From a virus: DNA of 64,000 nt. Where the stretch lies: positions 1 to 64,000 of the IMG/VR virus record IMGVR_UViG_3300033064_006579, one strand, 5' to 3'. Positions 18,859-29,207 of this stretch are shown here, piece after piece; positions within the stretch are counted from its first letter, which is position 1, and every line of letters starts with the position of its first letter. Both the position numbers and the translations under genes were made by a program. The notes beneath the pieces were generated by a model. The model searched no databases. It worked only from the letters and a program-made list of their open reading frames with translations, and was not told the origin of the DNA.

Positions 18859-19607
18859 TATTCAATCCTCAATATCTGTTTTAATGGTTCAATCTGGAAG
18901 TCGTAACAATGAAGGCCCATAGAAGTGAAACACAGCGGACCCGCTTCGACTCCATCCAGTTGCTCAGCTACGTACTCGTTCAGCAAAGTGAAGCCACCCA
19001 TGTTCTCGGGCCAGCCGCTATAAAGATCCCATGAACGAAAGATCACTCCGACAATCAATTTGCCACCCTTAATCTTGAAATCAATCCCGCGAAGGCAAGG
19101 ACTCGTGAGCCTTTCAGATTCGTTTCTGTATGGCTTATCATAAGCAAAATTGCTATGCAAATTGCCAATATTAATAAAACAATGATTATTCCCATAACCT
19201 TTCTCTTTAAAATGACGAATCACCCATTCAAGTTGGCTCTCGCGGAAAGGGGCGTTACTATCCACAATCTTGGCGTGGATATTCAAAAGTGGCAAGTTAA
19301 TCCAGCTCGAATAACGGTAATGCTCGTGGTCCTCCAGATTGTAATCCATCAGATAATTTGCAAAATACTTTTCGATATCTCCGTCAGTTGTTGGCACCGG
19401 GATTCCCTCTGGCATAATAGGAGCAAGGGGTCTTTCATGAGGATAGCGAGCCATGCCTGATACAAAATCAAATTCCAATCGAGTCTGACCAGCATATGAG
19501 CCAGTATCGATCTTATATTTCCGTCCAATGTGCCAAACTTGGTAGAGCAATTGAAACCAAGTGTCCATCAATGTCGTGCCGTCGATATGAGCCGCTTTGA
19601 TTCCCAT
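18858..19607 (-). CDS. Thymidylate synthase family protein
   Basis: SPCL (catalytic Cys), FRSWD, ENMGG and LHCY. Start at MGIKA after GGAGG. Confidence 0.8.
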   Translation of the reverse strand: MGIKAAHIDGTTLMDTWFQLLYQVWHIGRKYKIDTGSYAGQTRLEFDFVSGMARYPHERPLAPIMPEGIPVPTTDGDIEKYFANYLMDYNLEDHEHYRYSSWINLPLLNIHAKIVDSNAPFRESQLEWVIRHFKEKGYGNNHCFINIGNLHSNFAYDKPYRNESERLTSPCLRGIDFKIKGGKLIVGVIFRSWDLYSGWPENMGGFTLLNEYVAEQLDGVEAGPLCFTSMGLHCYDFQIEPLKQILRIE

Positions 19608-19626
19608 TATTCCTCCACCCCTGAAA

Positions 19627-19893
19627 TCACTTGCCTTCATACAAAAACTCTTCTTCTGCAAGAGTTTTGCTCCTACTTCTGTCAAAATCACTTTTGAAAT
19701 TATCCAGGCAGAATTTGTCAATAGCGTCGATTGCTTCCTGCGCACATGTTTTGCAGATATAAAATGTGCCTTTATACGCCTCGCCAACCTCTTCTAAGCA
19801 AGCGAGTACTGTCTGCTTCCTATTACAAAATGCACACATCGCCATCACGTTAAATTCCTCGCCAACTCTTTCTGCCGACTTAATCGCTTTCAT
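19627..19893 (-). CDS. Small zinc-finger protein
   Basis: CAFC...CKTC. Confidence 0.55.
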   Translation of the reverse strand: MKAIKSAERVGEEFNVMAMCAFCNRKQTVLACLEEVGEAYKGTFYICKTCAQEAIDAIDKFCLDNFKSDFDRSRSKTLAEEEFLYEGK

Positions 19894-19908
19894 ATTATCC
19901 TCCTCTCA

Positions 19909-20238
19909 TTATTCGTGATGCCACCAAATTCTAATCTTCGTAGTGATATGCCATATAATGCCCGCAACCAATACGATCCCACCGACGGCGTAGCTATTTG
20001 TGCTATACAACACCCCATTCTTAAATGCGAACGCGGCGGCGACAAACCAAAACAAGGCAACGAGAAAGATAGTCGCCGAAATTGCCAATTGAATTTTCAG
20101 TCTCTTGCTGGTTAGTTGGATTGTAGCAAGCGGCGTATTAATACCCTGTGAGGTGAGCGCTGGAGCCCCACAGTAAGGGCACGAAGCCGCTAATGATGAG
20201 ATTTGATTATTACATTCGGAACAATTAATAAGTGCCAT
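19909..20238 (-). CDS. Zinc-ribbon membrane protein
   Basis: MALINCSEC...CPYCG plus two hydrophobic helices. Confidence 0.7.
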   Translation of the reverse strand: MALINCSECNNQISSLAASCPYCGAPALTSQGINTPLATIQLTSKRLKIQLAISATIFLVALFWFVAAAFAFKNGVLYSTNSYAVGGIVLVAGIIWHITTKIRIWWHHE

Positions 20239-20497
20239 TATTTATCCTCCTTTTTTCCTCCCTTAATTGACGAATATATGGCATAGCATCAACAGCATGC
20301 ACATTACCATTCTCATCTCTTTCTGTAAAAAATGCACACTGAGGAATGTCGATCATACCCTCAACATTGATTATTCTATTCCCCGCCCTTACAATTACAA
20401 AAGATGTAAATTGGGGAATATCAATAACATTGATTATTCTAACCCTCTTCTTTGCGAGATAATAATCTGCAATACGAGTCGCTTTATTATTTTTCAT
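20225..20497 (-). CDS. Hypothetical protein
   Basis: In operon. Internal RIIN..IDIPQ duplication. Confidence 0.45.
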   Translation of the reverse strand: MKNNKATRIADYYLAKKRVRIINVIDIPQFTSFVIVRAGNRIINVEGMIDIPQCAFFTERDENGNVHAVDAMPYIRQLREEKRRINNGTY

Positions 20498-20511
20498 TGT
20501 CTGTTCCTTCT

Positions 20512-20556
20512 TTAAAACTGATTCTGACCGCTCTAATCGCCACGTGAGTAGGTTTT
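20512..20556 (+). repeat. Dispersed 45-bp intergenic repeat, copy 2
   Basis: TTAAAACTGATTCTGACCGCTCTAATCGCCACGTGAGTAGGTTTT. Confidence 0.8.
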
Positions 20557-20579
20557 AATCTCATATCAATAGAAATGTG

Positions 20580-23500
20580 TTAAAGTAAAATTTCGTTTAT
20601 CCCTCCAAGTGATTTGATAGTCTCGAAAAAATTCTTTATGCCTGCTTCAAATAATTCCTCGTTTGCCTTGCGGTTATGGAGAACCGCTGCCGGATGGACG
20701 CACCAACAAATCCATGCCTTCGCTTTCTCGTTCCATTCAGTCATACCGTTCTTTTTAGTGATACCGCCGTCAGCCCCAGTCCACGCCTTGATATTCGTAT
20801 TGCCGAAGGCGAGGATCAACCGACAATCTATCTCCTCAAGTTCCTCGACGAGCCATGGCAGGCAAGCGTCAATATGCTCTTTCTTCGGCGTCTTCGTAAT
20901 GCTCGGCCAGCATTTCACAATATTTGAAACATGAAATTTCAACCTATTCAATCCGTACATCGTGATCTCAGGCCATAGAATATCATTACCGGCAGCGCCG
21001 CAGAATCCCTCCCTATTCTTATCTTCTTCTCTGCCCGGTCCCTCACCGATTATCGCTATATTCCATAGCCCCTTGGACGGCATCACTGGCGTCGAGCATT
21101 CTTCTCTAAGCCCGCACCTTTCGCACTCGAGGAGTTCTCGATTTGAAAACCTGACTCTCCTAAATATCTCTGGCACGATAATCTTTCCGACTTTGACATC
21201 CTCGACATCTCTCGACCTAATACGTTCTCCAATAACTTTATCGAGGTTGGGGTAAGCCAGAGAAGAGTCTTGATGTATAGGGAAACTAAAATACTCCTGG
21301 GCGTTAGGACGAGCAATTCCTTCATCAATCCCATCGAAAGCTCCTATATCCTCGAGCATCTGCTCGAATTTGTTTTTTTTACCAATTGGTGGAGATCCAT
21401 CCTTTTCTTTCAGCCGGAAAAAACCCTTGTTTTTTCCAACTTTGAGTTTTTCAAAAGAGGCGGCTTTAGAGGCAGTCTTTTCGCCAACCCCTTTAATTTC
21501 AATGAAAGGCACATATAGCTTGTCATCCTTAGCAACCCATTTAAACGCGTCGGAAATGCCACATTTGGGCACAACAATCGACAGACCTAAACGACAAGAC
21601 TCCTTTATTAATTCTTCCTTTTTCCCTTCTGAACCGTAGGAAAGATTGGCACAAATAAATTGGGTAGGATAATAGACTTTTAACCACATACACCAAAAAC
21701 CGATCATTGAGTATGTAAAAGAATGGCTGCGATTAAATCCGTAGCCGCCAAACTCCTCGATTTCTTTCCAAATCACCTCTGCCTTTTTACTCGATATGCC
21801 GTTTGCTTTGTTGCACCCACTAATAAAGCTATCTTTAAACTTCACAAGTTCTTTTTTACCTCTGCTTTTTCCAATGACTTTTCTAACCTTATCGGACTCG
21901 GCCCATGTGAAACCAGCAAGATCCCTAACTAATTGCATAACCTGCTCTTGATAAACAAGAATACCATAGGTCGAGCCGGCTATATTTTCAACTTTAGGGT
22001 GAGACGACTTCCATTTTTTGCCGTTTTTCCTTTCGACATATTTACCCACCATGCCGCTTCTCAATGGCCCGGGACGATAGAGAGCGTTGATGGCAACAAG
22101 ATCTTCGAAATTACTTACCTTCATTTTTTTACAGAGATTAGTAATACCATGAGAATTGAATTGGAAACAACCAACGGTCTCGCCATCGGCAAACTCTCTA
22201 AAAACCTTCTCATCATCAATCGGAATATCTTCGAATACAATATCTATGTCACGACTCTTTTTAATTAGCTTTTTTGCTTCGTTAAGAATTGACAAGGCAC
22301 TAAGGCCAAGAACATCGAGCTTCAAAAGTCCGACGTGCTCGGCGTTGTCGAAATCCCAATTGATTACAACCTGGTCGCTTCTGCTCATTAAATTACATCT
22401 CTTGCCAAGCCTCAAATCTTCGGCAGATATCACGACCCCAGCAGCATGACGGCCATAACCCCTTACTTGACCCTCTAAAGCAATAGCATATTTAACAACA
22501 TCCGGATATTTTCTTTTGAACCTTTCGCCTTCTTTTGTGTCTTCAACAGCCTTTTTAATCCAGTCATGACTTTTTGCTTTTGTCGACGGCTCGTCGATCG
22601 CCTTGGCAAACTCATCTACGTCTTTATAAGGTACATCAAAAACCCTTGCAACGTCGCGGATAGCCATACGGGCCTTCATCCTGAGAAAAGTCGAAATCCC
22701 AGCAACACTATTTCTACCATATAAGTCTTCGAGATGGGAGAGAACAAGATGGCGTTTCGCATCTTCGAAATCGATGTCGATGTCTGGATAATCTATTCGA
22801 TCTTCAGAAATAAATCTTGAAAAAAGCAAGCTATGCTTGACAGGATCAACCGAAGTGATTCTAAGAAGATAAGAGATCAACGATCCGCTCACAGACCCTC
22901 TGCCCGGCCCAATCATGATATCATGTTCCCCGCACCAATTAACGAGTTCCCAGACTATGAGAAAGTATCGAGAAAATTTCTTGGTCTTTATAAGCTCAAA
23001 CTCCTCGTGCAGCCTATCCTCATAGATCTCCAACGGTTCGAGTTTGTTTCTTTTTCCATCACAACAAAGATCCCAAAGCACCAAATCCTCGTCGAGATGC
23101 GATTCAATATTGGGAGGCATTGGCAAGAAAATATCTTGTTTTTCAACCCTGAAATCACAGCACTTCTCGGCGATTTCAATAGTATTCGCCATGGCTTCTT
23201 CTATATCTTCGTCTCTAAGAACACCCTGCTCTCTAAAAGATTTGACCATCTCATCAGCAGATTTAAGATAGAGCTCGTCAAAATCGCCAAATGTCCAACG
23301 ATCTTTATCTGCCCATTTCTTTTTTCTTTGGACAGCAAGAAGAACTTCCTGAAGGATATTGTCTCTTGGGTTTACATAATGGCAATCATTTGTGGCAACA
23401 AGGGAAACTGGAGGGTCAAAATGATCACTAAAATCAAGAACAATATTTGTCGTTTCGATCTGGATCTTCGGGCTATGGGGCATGACTTCGACATAAATTT

Positions 23501-23966
23501 CTGAGGTGAGAGCAACTGCATCAAAAAAATCTGCGCCTCGTTCGTGATGTAAAAAAGTATCTAAACAGCCAGTAAGAACTATCAAGCCATCGAGATGTTG
23601 TAAAAGCCTATTGTAATCGATTCTTGGTTTACGATAGAAGCCTTCAAGGTTGGCATAGGTTAAAAGTTGAAGAAGGTTTTCCCAACCCGCTTTGTTCTTG
23701 ACTAACAAGACAATGTGACGACGTTTTTCATCTTTATTCTTTACCTTGGCGTCTGGGACAATATAACACTCGCAGCCAGTGATTGGCTTGACACCTTGTC
23801 TGTCGCATTCCTTCTGCCACTCGATAATGCCGTCGACATTGCCATGATTCGTGAGCCCTATATATTTTTGCCCCAACTCTTTGGCTCGTTTAATATAACT
23901 TTCTGCTGTCCCGACGCCGTCGAGCTGAGAGTACTCATTGTGAATGTGTAAGTGACAGAAATTCAT
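20580..23966 (-). CDS. dnaE: DNA polymerase III alpha (DnaE) with C-terminal family-4-like uracil-DNA glycosylase domain
   Basis: PHP HLHIHNEYSQLDG, GRGS, PDIDIDF, HAAG, KLDVLGL and YGFNRSH. Then CERC.L, IIGEGPG, NIVKCWP and HPAA. Confidence 0.92.
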   Translation of the reverse strand: MNFCHLHIHNEYSQLDGVGTAESYIKRAKELGQKYIGLTNHGNVDGIIEWQKECDRQGVKPITGCECYIVPDAKVKNKDEKRRHIVLLVKNKAGWENLLQLLTYANLEGFYRKPRIDYNRLLQHLDGLIVLTGCLDTFLHHERGADFFDAVALTSEIYVEVMPHSPKIQIETTNIVLDFSDHFDPPVSLVATNDCHYVNPRDNILQEVLLAVQRKKKWADKDRWTFGDFDELYLKSADEMVKSFREQGVLRDEDIEEAMANTIEIAEKCCDFRVEKQDIFLPMPPNIESHLDEDLVLWDLCCDGKRNKLEPLEIYEDRLHEEFELIKTKKFSRYFLIVWELVNWCGEHDIMIGPGRGSVSGSLISYLLRITSVDPVKHSLLFSRFISEDRIDYPDIDIDFEDAKRHLVLSHLEDLYGRNSVAGISTFLRMKARMAIRDVARVFDVPYKDVDEFAKAIDEPSTKAKSHDWIKKAVEDTKEGERFKRKYPDVVKYAIALEGQVRGYGRHAAGVVISAEDLRLGKRCNLMSRSDQVVINWDFDNAEHVGLLKLDVLGLSALSILNEAKKLIKKSRDIDIVFEDIPIDDEKVFREFADGETVGCFQFNSHGITNLCKKMKVSNFEDLVAINALYRPGPLRSGMVGKYVERKNGKKWKSSHPKVENIAGSTYGILVYQEQVMQLVRDLAGFTWAESDKVRKVIGKSRGKKELVKFKDSFISGCNKANGISSKKAEVIWKEIEEFGGYGFNRSHSFTYSMIGFWCMWLKVYYPTQFICANLSYGSEGKKEELIKESCRLGLSIVVPKCGISDAFKWVAKDDKLYVPFIEIKGVGEKTASKAASFEKLKVGKNKGFFRLKEKDGSPPIGKKNKFEQMLEDIGAFDGIDEGIARPNAQEYFSFPIHQDSSLAYPNLDKVIGERIRSRDVEDVKVGKIIVPEIFRRVRFSNRELLECERCGLREECSTPVMPSKGLWNIAIIGEGPGREEDKNREGFCGAAGNDILWPEITMYGLNRLKFHVSNIVKCWPSITKTPKKEHIDACLPWLVEELEEIDCRLILAFGNTNIKAWTGADGGITKKNGMTEWNEKAKAWICWCVHPAAVLHNRKANEELFEAGIKNFFETIKSLGGINEILL

Positions 23967-25003
23967 TATAAACACACCAGATATTTAAATTTACCACTGA
24001 TAAACAAACCTTTTCTATCGCCATATTTCATTGTTCTTACATCGCAATTTTCCAATAGGCTCTTTAAGAACAGTGGCGAGATACTAAACTCTATAGGCTC
24101 GCTCGTAAACTTCACACTGGACTCGACCGTTATCTCGCCAACATCTTTCTTTTTGCTACTGACAACTAATTTATCAGTGGCAATTTTAAAAAGAACCATA
24201 TCGTCAGACACAACGGCAGAATCGTCTAAAACCACAGAAGCCAAGCCAATCGTTTCCAATAAATCTCCTGGAAGCCTTAGATTAACACCTTTGAAGTCAA
24301 ACAAGTCTAAATAGCTGGGAAATTCATCGATTTCTACCCTGGAGCAAAAATGAACGTCTTTGTTTTCTCCTCTAAACAACACCCATTCAGAACTTAAATA
24401 AAACTCGTCTACATCAAACTTAGCCAGCTCTTCGGCGCAATTAGCTCTGATCAAAAAATCGCATCCAATATCCTCGGGTAGACTATAAATACCAATCCTC
24501 GAATCGTCGGAGGCGATGACGTGCTGTCCCGAAACGCAAATGTAGTTCAAAACACTCCTCACATCGCGAGAGACAGAGAAAGAACACAAACCCAACGCCT
24601 CTAAAAATTCAGAAGGTAGTGGCCGCCAGTCTAAATCTTCATCTAAGACAAACTTCAAATTTTCTTTAAAAACTTTGCCGACTCCTCCATATTCATCTAA
24701 AGATAACGAAACAAATTTCCCCTTGATCTTACCGCATTTAGCGACTAAATTCTTATCTTCCAAAGTTAATTCAATTTCCTTGTCGCCGACACGGGATACA
24801 AAATTATAGAATTCCTTAGAGGAGACAGAGCAAGAGAAATCCGTCTCGAGTTTATGCCAAACACAAATTCGATCGTTATAAGTTAAAATCATGTCACCAG
24901 TGAAAACGAAATGGGTAGCTTGTTGAATAATATCTTTTTGAGCCAACCCTGGTCTCACTTTAATCAATATTTTAGCCAAATCTTTTCCGTTAATCTTGGT
25001 CAT
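23966..25003 (-). CDS. DNA polymerase sliding clamp (beta-like)
   Basis: About 345 aa with IASDDSR and EFP.Y patterns. Coupled to dnaE. Confidence 0.7.
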   Translation of the reverse strand: MTKINGKDLAKILIKVRPGLAQKDIIQQATHFVFTGDMILTYNDRICVWHKLETDFSCSVSSKEFYNFVSRVGDKEIELTLEDKNLVAKCGKIKGKFVSLSLDEYGGVGKVFKENLKFVLDEDLDWRPLPSEFLEALGLCSFSVSRDVRSVLNYICVSGQHVIASDDSRIGIYSLPEDIGCDFLIRANCAEELAKFDVDEFYLSSEWVLFRGENKDVHFCSRVEIDEFPSYLDLFDFKGVNLRLPGDLLETIGLASVVLDDSAVVSDDMVLFKIATDKLVVSSKKKDVGEITVESSVKFTSEPIEFSISPLFLKSLLENCDVRTMKYGDRKGLFISGKFKYLVCL

Positions 25004-25169
25004 TATCAACCTCCTCTGCAACTTCCATTATGTTATGACAAGCTTTGAGATAATAAAAAGACAATAGACGGCAATAATGATTGGAATTTTCAAGGGCAAA
25101 ATCACACATCTTTCTCTCCTTGTCTTTGCTGGCCATCAAAGGAAAATTTCCTGCAAAATAAATATGCAT
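24990..25169 (-). CDS. MxIYFAG microprotein (DpdA N-terminal-like module) 5
   Basis: MHIYFAG...RLLSFYY. TAATG overlap with the DpdA-like stop. Confidence 0.65.
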   Translation of the reverse strand: MHIYFAGNFPLMASKDKERKMCDFALENSNHYCRLLSFYYLKACHNIMEVAEEVDNDQD

Positions 25170-26167
25170 TATCCCCTCCCAAATCGTTTCTTTTTCAATT
25201 GAAAAGGCCAGGGCCACTCGGGAGATTCCTGCTCGAACCTTATAAAATAGAGGAAATTCATTTCATCCCTCAAGGGATAGTCGTTAATGACACCCCATTC
25301 TATAACCCTCTCTATTTCATAATCATGCAATTTCAATTGATCGTCGTTTAACCACTTCTCGTTCTTGCTCTTATCCAGCTCATAACCTTCGTAGACCTCA
25401 ATGAATTCAGATACTCCTATCTTTCGATCTTCCTCATCGAGGTACTTCAAAATCTGCTTTCTCTCCATATCCGAAAAAGAATTATAATGCTTTCCATCTT
25501 GTTTTTGACAGGGCTGGCGGGTAGAGAAGGCCACTCTCAAGGGGTCCTCTTCATAATAACACCACTGCCCGTTCCTAAACCTCGGAACCAAAACAATTCC
25601 AAATCTTCCATAGAGAACCCACGAAGTCGAATCCACCGAATACCAAGGATACCTTCTCATTAAATCAGTCGAGGTAACAGCAAAGCCGTGAACTTTGACT
25701 TTTGGCATGCCATCTTTATCGACCAAATGATTGAACCAAATGTTATCTAACATTGGCACAACCACCGGCACGGGATTAGGGACAATACCGCCAAGGGCGA
25801 TATACTTGTGCCCTTTATCCAAATACATTTTTAGCCATTTAGTATCGCTACCCAAATGAAAAACAGGGATAGGTTTCAACCCTTCTTTTTCCAAATACTG
25901 CTGATTTTCCCAAGTCTTCTCTGGGTTATTAATTACGTCAAAATTGGCGTAGACTTCAAATCGCTTCTCTTCTCTCTTTAGAAAGTCAACATATTTTTCT
26001 AAATACTTTCGATAGTCAGCCGACTCTAAAAAACTATAATCGTCATGCCTCCTATCGCCCATATGAGCACCAGTATGAACCCCTTTAGTCTTATCGGCCC
26101 TCATATACTGATTGTACAATGAGGGCGCACCGCAGTCCAAAAACATCTTTAAAGCTTTCTTAGCCAT
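25169..26167 (-). CDS. dpdA: DpdA-like DNA 7-deazaguanine transglycosylase (TGT fold)
   Basis: Motifs FLDCGA, FDVI, PIPVFH, YIALGG, KVHGFA and SVDSTSW. Clustered with folE/queD/queE. Confidence 0.75.
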   Translation of the reverse strand: MAKKALKMFLDCGAPSLYNQYMRADKTKGVHTGAHMGDRRHDDYSFLESADYRKYLEKYVDFLKREEKRFEVYANFDVINNPEKTWENQQYLEKEGLKPIPVFHLGSDTKWLKMYLDKGHKYIALGGIVPNPVPVVVPMLDNIWFNHLVDKDGMPKVKVHGFAVTSTDLMRRYPWYSVDSTSWVLYGRFGIVLVPRFRNGQWCYYEEDPLRVAFSTRQPCQKQDGKHYNSFSDMERKQILKYLDEEDRKIGVSEFIEVYEGYELDKSKNEKWLNDDQLKLHDYEIERVIEWGVINDYPLRDEMNFLYFIRFEQESPEWPWPFQLKKKRFGRG

Positions 26168-27209
26168 TTGCTCTCCTCATGATATTAATCATTTTTGGAA
26201 TTGCTGCTTCTCCCTTTTCGATCAAAACCCTCCTATTGTTTATTAATGAGTGCCTGTAATAGGCAGGACCTTCGATATACAAAGATATCCTTCTCACTAA
26301 ATCCTCAATATCGCTGAATACAAAGCGAACGTCATAAAGCTCTGGATAACTCAAGCGATTGGGGACAAAGGGAAGACAGCCTGAGAATGCCGCCTCTTGC
26401 ATCGCGATACCCCAAGTCTCTTGCATAGCAAAAGATACGGCTATCTTGGCTTTCTGTAAGGATCTGTAGTAATAGATCTTCTTCTCACTCTCTGTAAGAA
26501 GACCACTTTGTTTATTCCAGTCGTCCATTGTTCTGATAAAGCGCCAATCGTTAAAAAGACCCGTCTCTTTGAGTTTCTCTTCGAGGGTTGCGAAATCCTC
26601 TGGCACTTTTTCCGGATCCAGCCTGTGAGGAAAAACGACGACGTCCTCTTTTTCATCCCAATCAGTCCCGTATTTCCAATAAATAGGAAAGCCGGTGACG
26701 TGAATCTTTTTAAAATCCACATCGCGAGAGTTTGATAACATTTGCTTATGGAACGAAGTAGCAACAAAAATACCGTCGATAAATTTAAACCACCCGTTTT
26801 CTATATCCTCCGCCCATCGCCCCATGCCCCTTTGAGCAAGAAAATCATAAGGGTCATAGGTACCGGCATGAAGGCAGCCGAATATTTTAAACTCTAACCC
26901 CAAGCCATCTCTAATATAGGCCAACATCTCAATACCAGGAAACCAGAGATCGTGAAAAAAGAAAACATCGCCATCTCTGACACCACCACTATATATCATC
27001 TCGACTATTCTCTGAAGCTGAGTAGCTTTAAAATAATTGGTGCCACAAACATCGAGAAAACTCCCCTCCTCAATTTTACTGGTTAATTGCCGGCCATGAA
27101 TTGTGAGAGCGTCGACATCGAGGCGATTGAATTCTATTGGGAACCATTCATTCCATTGAGATGAATACCGTTCTTCGATATTTTCGATTGGTATGTTAAA
27201 TATTCTCAT
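26160..27209 (-). CDS. GT-B glycosyltransferase
   Basis: VVFPHRLDPEK, QETWGIAMQEA (EX7E) and PNRLSYPEL. Start at MRIFNIPIE. Confidence 0.8.
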   Translation of the reverse strand: MRIFNIPIENIEERYSSQWNEWFPIEFNRLDVDALTIHGRQLTSKIEEGSFLDVCGTNYFKATQLQRIVEMIYSGGVRDGDVFFFHDLWFPGIEMLAYIRDGLGLEFKIFGCLHAGTYDPYDFLAQRGMGRWAEDIENGWFKFIDGIFVATSFHKQMLSNSRDVDFKKIHVTGFPIYWKYGTDWDEKEDVVVFPHRLDPEKVPEDFATLEEKLKETGLFNDWRFIRTMDDWNKQSGLLTESEKKIYYYRSLQKAKIAVSFAMQETWGIAMQEAAFSGCLPFVPNRLSYPELYDVRFVFSDIEDLVRRISLYIEGPAYYRHSLINNRRVLIEKGEAAIPKMINIMRRANG

Positions 27210-27387
27210 CTTTCCCCTGCTCGTCAACCATTTCGACCCAATCGGCATAGTTCTTCTTTGCACTGAAAGCGTAGGCTTCTTTCTCACCAGAGAGAGCAAA
27301 GAAAGAAAATAGACGATTGGCTTGAAACTTCCTTAGAACCGCCTCTCTTTTCTTTCCCATACCTATACCGGCAAAGTAGATTATCAC
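27196..27387 (-). CDS. MxIYFAG microprotein 4
   Basis: MIIYFAG...RLFSFF. Confidence 0.6.
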   Translation of the reverse strand: MIIYFAGIGMGKKREAVLRKFQANRLFSFFALSGEKEAYAFSAKKNYADWVEMVDEQGKDENI

Positions 27388-27566
27388 TCTTCTTCTACTT
27401 CTTTCTTCCAGAATTCATAATGAGCCTTACAATTGGCCACACCGGTTTCTATCTGTCCCCACGACATCTTCACTTTACACTCTTCTTGAGAACCAGCCCA
27501 TATCGCTTCAGAAATATATCTACCCTTTCCAATACTTTCCCCAGAATCGCCAAAATAAATCTTCAT
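27384..27566 (-). CDS. MxIYF microprotein 3 (divergent)
   Basis: MKIYFGDSG. Coupled on both sides. Confidence 0.5.
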   Translation of the reverse strand: MKIYFGDSGESIGKGRYISEAIWAGSQEECKVKMSWGQIETGVANCKAHYEFWKKEVEEE

Positions 27567-28861
27567 ATTACCTCCAACCTCGCACAGATTGCAAGATACA
27601 TCGCTGCTTGCGCCAGAGTTATGCCATACTGGCTACGAATAGACTTTAATATATCAAATACTTTACCGTCGCCAAATTGAATTGAGTCGGGAAGATTATA
27701 AAGATCGAACCACTTGTAATCTTCTTCAACAACTTCCCTCTTCTTCTCCACTACATCCTCTATAAACGAGTGAGGGAGAAAACTGGGAATAAGCCTAATT
27801 GGCCTATCGGAGACGAATATGCCTTCGCTCCCAAGTTCATCAAAACCCTTCGTACCATGATAAGGCTGGAAAAATTGCCCTAACCCACCGCGGGTAGAAT
27901 TAGTGGCTATCCTACCATACAACGTGCCAATGTCGTGCCCATTCTTATCCAAGAACCTACCAGTCTCGTTTAACGTAGATATTGTTTCTCCGGGAAAAAA
28001 TGTCAGCGTGAGCCAAAATATATCCGCACCACTTATTTCATCAGCCAAAGCCTCACATTGAGAGAAAGATGGCTTACCCATTTCCTTAGTCAAGAAAGGA
28101 TCTGCAGTCTCCATACCAACCTCAATCAACTTCGCCCCAGAATCAATGAGTGCAGTATTTCCAAAAGTCTTAATAAACCTTCTCACACTATCTACGCTCC
28201 CAAGCGCGATAAATTTCATATTTTTAGAAGAGGCGTGTTCTAATATCCTGCCCGCCCGGTCGGTATCGTAAAAAAAATCCTCATCTGTAAAATGAATATT
28301 TTTGACGCCGAGAGATTGGCAAGCATTAAGAACTTCTTTGACTTTTTCAACAGGGGTGGAAAGCCTCTGGTGACCGCAGTTCACAGAGGAAGGGCAGAAC
28401 GAACACTTCCTCGGACACCCATAAGAAGTAAATAAAGGGTAGACTTGCCCAGAATACTTCTTAAGATGCATATCGCAATCGCTCAATAATATATATTTGA
28501 AATGCGAATAATGTGCCGGATACGCTTCGATACCTCTCAAAACAAGATAATCAGTCACTCGATAAACAGGGAGTTTATAATACTCGACTAAAGGGTAGAA
28601 ACCAAAAAAACCCCTTTTACCCTTGAGAAATTGATTCAGAATAAAGCAGATATCTAATTGAGGATAGGACCAAAGAGCCACTAAATAATGATTGGCTTTG
28701 GGAAGGGAGTCTAATTCTGCTGCTGTAAAGTTTTCAACAATGCCTACATCAACTCCGTCGCTCTTCAACGCAGAGTAAAGAATATAGGGAAGGTAACAAA
28801 AACTACCTCGATTAAATTCAGTCGAGGCGGGGTCTATAATTAAAACATCATAGTCGATCAT
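27563..28861 (-). CDS. Radical SAM protein (B12-binding-class-like architecture)
   Basis: TSYGCPRKCSFC, FTDEDF, VGMETAD and FPGET, with an N-terminal Rossmannoid region. Confidence 0.8.
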   Translation of the reverse strand: MIDYDVLIIDPASTEFNRGSFCYLPYILYSALKSDGVDVGIVENFTAAELDSLPKANHYLVALWSYPQLDICFILNQFLKGKRGFFGFYPLVEYYKLPVYRVTDYLVLRGIEAYPAHYSHFKYILLSDCDMHLKKYSGQVYPLFTSYGCPRKCSFCPSSVNCGHQRLSTPVEKVKEVLNACQSLGVKNIHFTDEDFFYDTDRAGRILEHASSKNMKFIALGSVDSVRRFIKTFGNTALIDSGAKLIEVGMETADPFLTKEMGKPSFSQCEALADEISGADIFWLTLTFFPGETISTLNETGRFLDKNGHDIGTLYGRIATNSTRGGLGQFFQPYHGTKGFDELGSEGIFVSDRPIRLIPSFLPHSFIEDVVEKKREVVEEDYKWFDLYNLPDSIQFGDGKVFDILKSIRSQYGITLAQAAMYLAICARLEVI

Positions 28862-29207
28862 AAAACACCTCTACACCATTCTCGTCGTCCTCGAACACAG
28901 AGACGTAATTAGCCGCGAATATTGAGGCGAACTCGTCAGCAATCGTCTCACACGACTTAGAACCTATATCTTTTCCCTCCCAGCGATCCTGAATATAAGA
29001 ATGAATCTCGTTTTTCATCCTTATAAACTCGATATCTCTATCCGTATGGGTAACAGGGAATTTAAGTGTGAGGTGGAAGATGTGCCTATGAGGATGTTGC
29101 AGAAAAAGAACCTCTTCAAAAGGGCAGGCGGGCCAGCAATGAACGGCTGAAAATTGAGTTTTTACAACTACATTTCTCGTTACCATCACGGCTTCTACCT
29201 TCCCCAT
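28848..29207 (-). CDS. QueD-paralog T-fold protein (DpdL-like, putative CDG decarboxylase)
   Basis: HCWP, LQHPHRHIF (LxxxHRHxF), DRDIEF, SCE and VSVFEDDENG. Confidence 0.65.
   Translation of the reverse strand: MGKVEAVMVTRNVVVKTQFSAVHCWPACPFEEVLFLQHPHRHIFHLTLKFPVTHTDRDIEFIRMKNEIHSYIQDRWEGKDIGSKSCETIADEFASIFAANYVSVFEDDENGVEVFYDRL

Noticed and set aside
18858-19607. dCMP hydroxymethylase
   Set aside because: Retains the Asn (ENMGG) associated with dUMP specificity. A dUMP-modifying variant cannot be excluded, but there is no support for cytosine modification.
22833-23504. Long + strand ORFs antisense to real genes (also 30556..31185, 41441..42094, 46086..46805, 60210..60863)
   Set aside because: Shadow ORFs with no motifs or RBS, overlapping well-supported minus-strand genes.
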